From the human T2T-CHM13v2.0 reference genome, Homo sapiens, in NCBI RefSeq assembly GCF_009914755.1, contig NC_060939.1: a stretch of DNA of 64,000 nucleotides; one strand, 5' to 3'. Made by a program: the position numbers and the translations under genes. Positions 59,281-64,000 of this stretch are shown piece after piece (position 1 is the first letter of the stretch; each line of letters opens with the position of its first letter). The notes under the pieces are model-generated. The model ran no database searches. It saw only the letters and a program-made list of their open reading frames with translations, and was not told where the DNA came from.

Positions 59281-62200
59281 CAAGAGTTTTAAAGGGAGAA
59301 GAAACATAAATACTTCTCAAAACTCTCTTCAAAATCATCTTCCTTCACCAGTTTCCTCTCTGCTTAGAATAAGCTTGTTATTTCAAACTCAGGGCCAATG
59401 CAATGTGAAGATGAAAAATAATTTGGGGAGCAAAATATATCGTGGATATACATATGTAAAAATATAGTATGTATACTTACATTCCCAGTTAAGTATAGTA
59501 TTCCTAAGTCAATTTATAGAATTTTCAAGCACATTTAAAAAATAGTACTGAATTATTGAAAATACCACCGAAATTCCTTCCAGCTATGTGACTATGCAGA
59601 AGTTCCAGATTAAAAAGTCCTTAACATAAGAGAGATGTTATGTAATCGTCTTTGCCTATGAAGTTAATGTCCAGATTTTGGACAAAAACATGTTCACCTC
59701 ATATCCTAAAAATAAGTATTTTAAGTCTTTTCCATACAGGTGCCAGAGAGTCATGTGTTCATTTTATTAACACCAGAGGCAATAACACAGTGCTAAAAAT
59801 AAGCACGTGTCTATGCATGTATTTTTAACTACAGGAATGGCATTATGTTATAAAAATCTCACTTGGTTTCCTACTTTTCTCATTAAACACTTTGATTTTA
59901 AGATATATCCATTATATCCATAATGCGTGTACTTGCAGTGCAGCAACCCCACTTTCCTTATCTACTCCCGGGCCGGCGGACTCTCCCGCCGCCCCTCGCT
60001 CCCTCCTCATAGGCACAGGAACAGAATTTCTGAGTCATAAGACTGATACAGACGTTTCAGTCTGGAAAACTGCAAGCACGGCAGATGCCAAAACCCCTTT
60101 CCTGTGCCTGAAAGAGAACTTCTGGAGGTATGAAGGGCAATAATGCCTCCCATCCTCCCTGTGGCTCCAGAATTAACTCTCGAAACAACAGGATTTGGGG
60201 TAGGAAGGTTACAGCTAAGGAGCCGCCAGTCCCCACCCATCTGCTCTGGGAGAAGTTATCTCGAGGTCCAGTTAAGCGGTCCAGCAACTCCGAAGGACTC
60301 GCTGGAAAGTCCTGCACACCAAGCTTGCCCCTTCTGCATAGCTCGGGGTAGGGAGCAGCCACCTCTTGTCTCAAGACTGAGGAGGCCTGGGGCAGGGCGG
60401 GGCAGGCAGAAGACTTGAGCAGGGACACCCTGGGATGAGGTGGTGCCTCCTTGATCGCTGCACCTGCCCCTGCACCTGGGGTGGGTCTGAGGGGAACAGC
60501 ATCACTAACTGCTGGACTGAAGCCACCATAGGAAGCTCAGGCTTCTTGGGCTAAATAAAATTCAGAAATGTCCAGACTGGCTGTGACACCAGGCTCTTCA
60601 AGCAGCCCTGACACAGGGGGTCTAGGGGGCTTTTGCTGACTTCTGCTGCTCCACCTTCCTGGGCTCTAGGAGGCGCTGTTCCTCCAGCATCCAAGAATCA
60701 GCCTGAACCAACGGCAGCTGCCAGGCGACAGCTCAGAGCCCAGTGGGGGTGGTAAAGACCATTCAGATAAAGGCTTGGGGAAGAACAATGGAAATTGTTC
60801 CCGGCAGCACCCAAACCTGGAAAACTCTTTTGGGGCAGAGCTTGGGTGTCTCCTGCCTTGATCTCAGTGCCATCTTTCTCCCCTGGCTCCAGAAGTTTCT
60901 TCTATTCTTCCAGATTTTCCAAATGCAGACCAAGAGGGATTGAGCTCTCCTCTACCCTGCCTGGCCCAGAAGTTCCATTTCCTACCTCCTTCTAGCAGGG
61001 GAGCAGGGGCCTTCCTTGGTGGCCCCCAGGATGGCCCTATCTCAGAAAGACACAACCACGACTTCTCTGTATAATAGACACCACCACACAGTAAGTAGTG
61101 GGAGGATGGGGTGGGGAGGGACTTTTATTTGTCCTTTAGGCCCTTAACCCATGGCATGACTCTGATGGTTAAGGACAGCCTGGGACAAGTCCAGTGAGAT
61201 TAGGGTAGGAGAGTGGGGAGGTGAGTAAGACCCCATGGGGGTGTGAGTGCCTCTGAGGCAACCTAGAGTGGAGGTGGAGGGGGTGGCAGACCCTTAGGAA
61301 ATAAGCATGACCCCTGGCTGGGTAAGGGCACCCACTATGAGGGTAACAGTCACTCGTTCATCCCACAACCATTTTTGATATCTGTAGGTGTCAGGTACCA
61401 TGCTAGTTGAAGGATATAATTGTGAACAAGTGATGTGTGGGTCTTAGTGTCGAAGAGCTGACATTGGAGGATATCAGAGACAAAAATCAAGTAAGCAAAT
61501 ACAGCGTTGTTAACTGCAGTAAGAACGAGGAGGACAGACACAGGCCCACAAGGAGGTCCGGGTGGCTCCTGGCATCAGGGCCATATGTAGCTCGGCTTGG
61601 GGTTCAGGGTCCTAACTCCAGCTCTGGCAGGCTGGAGGAAGAGTCCCACATCCAGATGAAGTGGCACTTATGGGTCTGAAAGATATAAGCCCGGGTCTAG
61701 GGGCTGAGTGGTCCTGTATGCCAGGGGGCATGCCAGGAGCTTCACCATGTTAATGTGCTTCATCCAGAGAGGAAGCTGACCACCAGCAATGCTTGTGAGA
61801 CTGGCTGCTGGCTGCCTTCTTATTCTCCTCTTGGGTCAGGGCTGACCCTCTGATGGGGTGGGGCTGAGGCTGGCCAGCAGGGAGGCCAAGCTGTTGGATC
61901 AGAGGAAGGCGATGTCAGACACCAGCCCCTGTCACCCACCAGCTCTTCCCTTCCCATTGTCCCTGGCTGGCCCTGGCCCAGCCTCTCCAGCATCCTCATT
62001 TGCCTCCCTGCCTCCGGCTCACCCTGCCCACATATCCACCAGGGGCTGCCGTTGTTTCTCTGATTAGTTACTGTGTTGCTGCCAAATTAATGCTTCTAAA
62101 CCATATTTTATAACAGCAGCCTTCATCTGCAGAGAATCTTTGAAAATACTTGGCTTGGCATTTAAAGTGGTACAAAAATGTGGCCTTACTGAATTTTTAC

Positions 62201-64000
62201 AGCTTTATTTATCCTTTCAGAGGTGCATCCTGCACGTATGTCAAACTGTGGGTCCTCATCCCTCTGCCACACCTCTGCTCAGTTATCTTTCTCTCCTTCA
62301 ACCCCCCTCCCTGCCACCCTCCTGCATCCCTCTGGGTAGTGAAACAGCCCCTTATTCAGTCAGCCAGCCTTGCATTCAGCAGGCTCTGCAGGCTCCCACT
62401 CTGTGCCCGCCATTCCTGGGCAGCACTAGGACCCCCCCTGCTCTGACACCTCATCCACTTGTTTTGTAATCTTATTAATCTTCATTTATTAACTCCTGAA
62501 TGAGACCTTATCCTTCTGCTCCTCTGAACTGTAACCCTTCAATGGCAGAGGCTGCATCTTGCCCATTCCTTGGCCTCATGGTTCCCTGCCTGTGGCAGGG
62601 GTCAATAAATGTGCTACATGACCTGGACTAACATGGGCTCTGGAAGGAAAGCACTAAATACTGGCCTGGGGGCTGGAACTCAGTCTCAGCTCTGCCACTT
62701 AACTGCTGGATAGTCTCTGGAACATTACTGTCTTTTTCTGAGCCCCAGGATCCCCAGCTATAACATGGGGCTGCCATCCGTGTCTTGGTTACCTTACTAG
62801 GCTAAGGTGGGAGACTGCAGGTGCGGGCTGTTATTATAAGGGTTTTCCCTGAGGGTGGGGTGTGTACTGGGGCAGGGGGAGATATTGTGTTTCTTGGTGC
62901 CTCTTGGCCATAAGACCTGAGCAAAGCCAGCATGAAGCCCCTCCACAACCCTCAGATGGCAACCCAGGGGGTTAAGGCGGGGGGGATGTGAGGCAATGGC
63001 CAGCAACCCCATACACACCTGTTTAGGTGAGTTGCAGATAAGGTGCTCTTATGCTCCCAGGGCTTTCTGCCAGCATTGAGGAGAAACAGGAGCTCTTCTC
63101 CAGCCAGGTGAACATGGCCTCGCTTGGCAAGCTTGCAGTCCTACATTCCGGTAGGTTACAGGCTGCTTCCAGTAACGCAGGGAAGCTGGGGAAGGATGAG
63201 TTGGGACATTTTATTATGGTGGACTATCTGAGTGGAAATGGATAGCTGAGCCCTCTGAGGACCCGCAGCCTCATTACCCAGAGGGGAAACCAAGGTTCAC
63301 GCAGGAGAAGGGGCTTGTCCAAGGTCACTTTTGCAGTCTTGTCTCTAAGAATATGGATTTTGGAGACAGGGAGATTTGAATTCTGCCACTTACTAGCTAT
63401 AAGAGCTTGAGCAAATTTCAAGCCCTGAGGCTTAGTTTCTGCAAATGTTAATGAGGAATCACAATTCTGATATTTTATTGCTATGAAGATTAGAGGAAAT
63501 GATAGATGAAGAGCTTGCTCCTGAGTGGCTGTTCAGGCCTCCAGCCCCAAGTCCCTAGGCATAGGATGATGGGGGAACTGCTGAGAAGGGCCTTCTTGTT
63601 TCTCAGGCAACAAAACTGCCAAAGGCTTTAGGAGAGAATCCTAGTGGGGTTTGGGTTGGGGGAACTCTGATTTCAAGGAAGTGAGTGGCTTGGGATCTGG
63701 TCCAGCCTTCCCGTCCTTTCCTTTCATTCATCTGCTCATTCATTCCACAGATGTGGATTAAGCATCCACTCAGGGACAGATTCTGTCCTGGATGCTGCTC
63801 TATCAAAGAGAACTAAAACCCAACTGCTCCCCACCCTAAATGCTCACAGTCCAGTGGAGAAAGAGAGAGAGAGACAAGGCAAAGAGACACTGTCAGAGTG
63901 AAATTGCTGTTAGAGGTGTGTGCATGACACACGGGGAACCCTGAGGAAGTGGAGCTGCTGAAGAGTCATGCTTCCTTTTTTTTTTTTTTTAACTGCAGAG

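Overview
This is mammalian, primate-type (almost certainly human) genomic DNA with one protein-coding gene, RCN2 (reticulocalbin-2 / ERC-55 / E6BP), on the + strand. The gene starts in a CpG island at ~18.5-19.3 kb and has seven GT-AG coding exons (18892-36260). They splice to a 954-nt, 317-aa ORF with a signal peptide, EF-hand loops and a C-terminal HDEL. There is also a 54-nt in-frame cassette exon (28676-28729), a proximal ATTAAA (36919) and a candidate distal AATAAA (41410). The rest is mostly transposon-derived: decayed ERVL internal fragments in both orientations (1-10.8 kb), LTRs (MER52-like, LTR16-like, MST/MLT1, THE1, MER41), about 30 Alus, old L1/L2/MIR, hAT and TcMar DNA elements, and microsatellites. 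Nearly all ORFs in the supplied track are Alu, L1, LTR or GC-rich artefacts. I found no novel multi-gene system. The most notable observations are: a 62-bp inverted, locally templated insertion inside an Alu in intron 3; an ancient local duplication that preserves an empty MER1 site; isoform routes in RCN2 (a cysteine-adding cassette exon, an in-frame upstream ATG, HDEL-less exon-6 skipping); a PATRR-like AT expansion inside an LTR; and a MER41 LTR carrying a GAS motif. Repeat family names are from recall of consensus sequences, and repeat boundaries are approximate.
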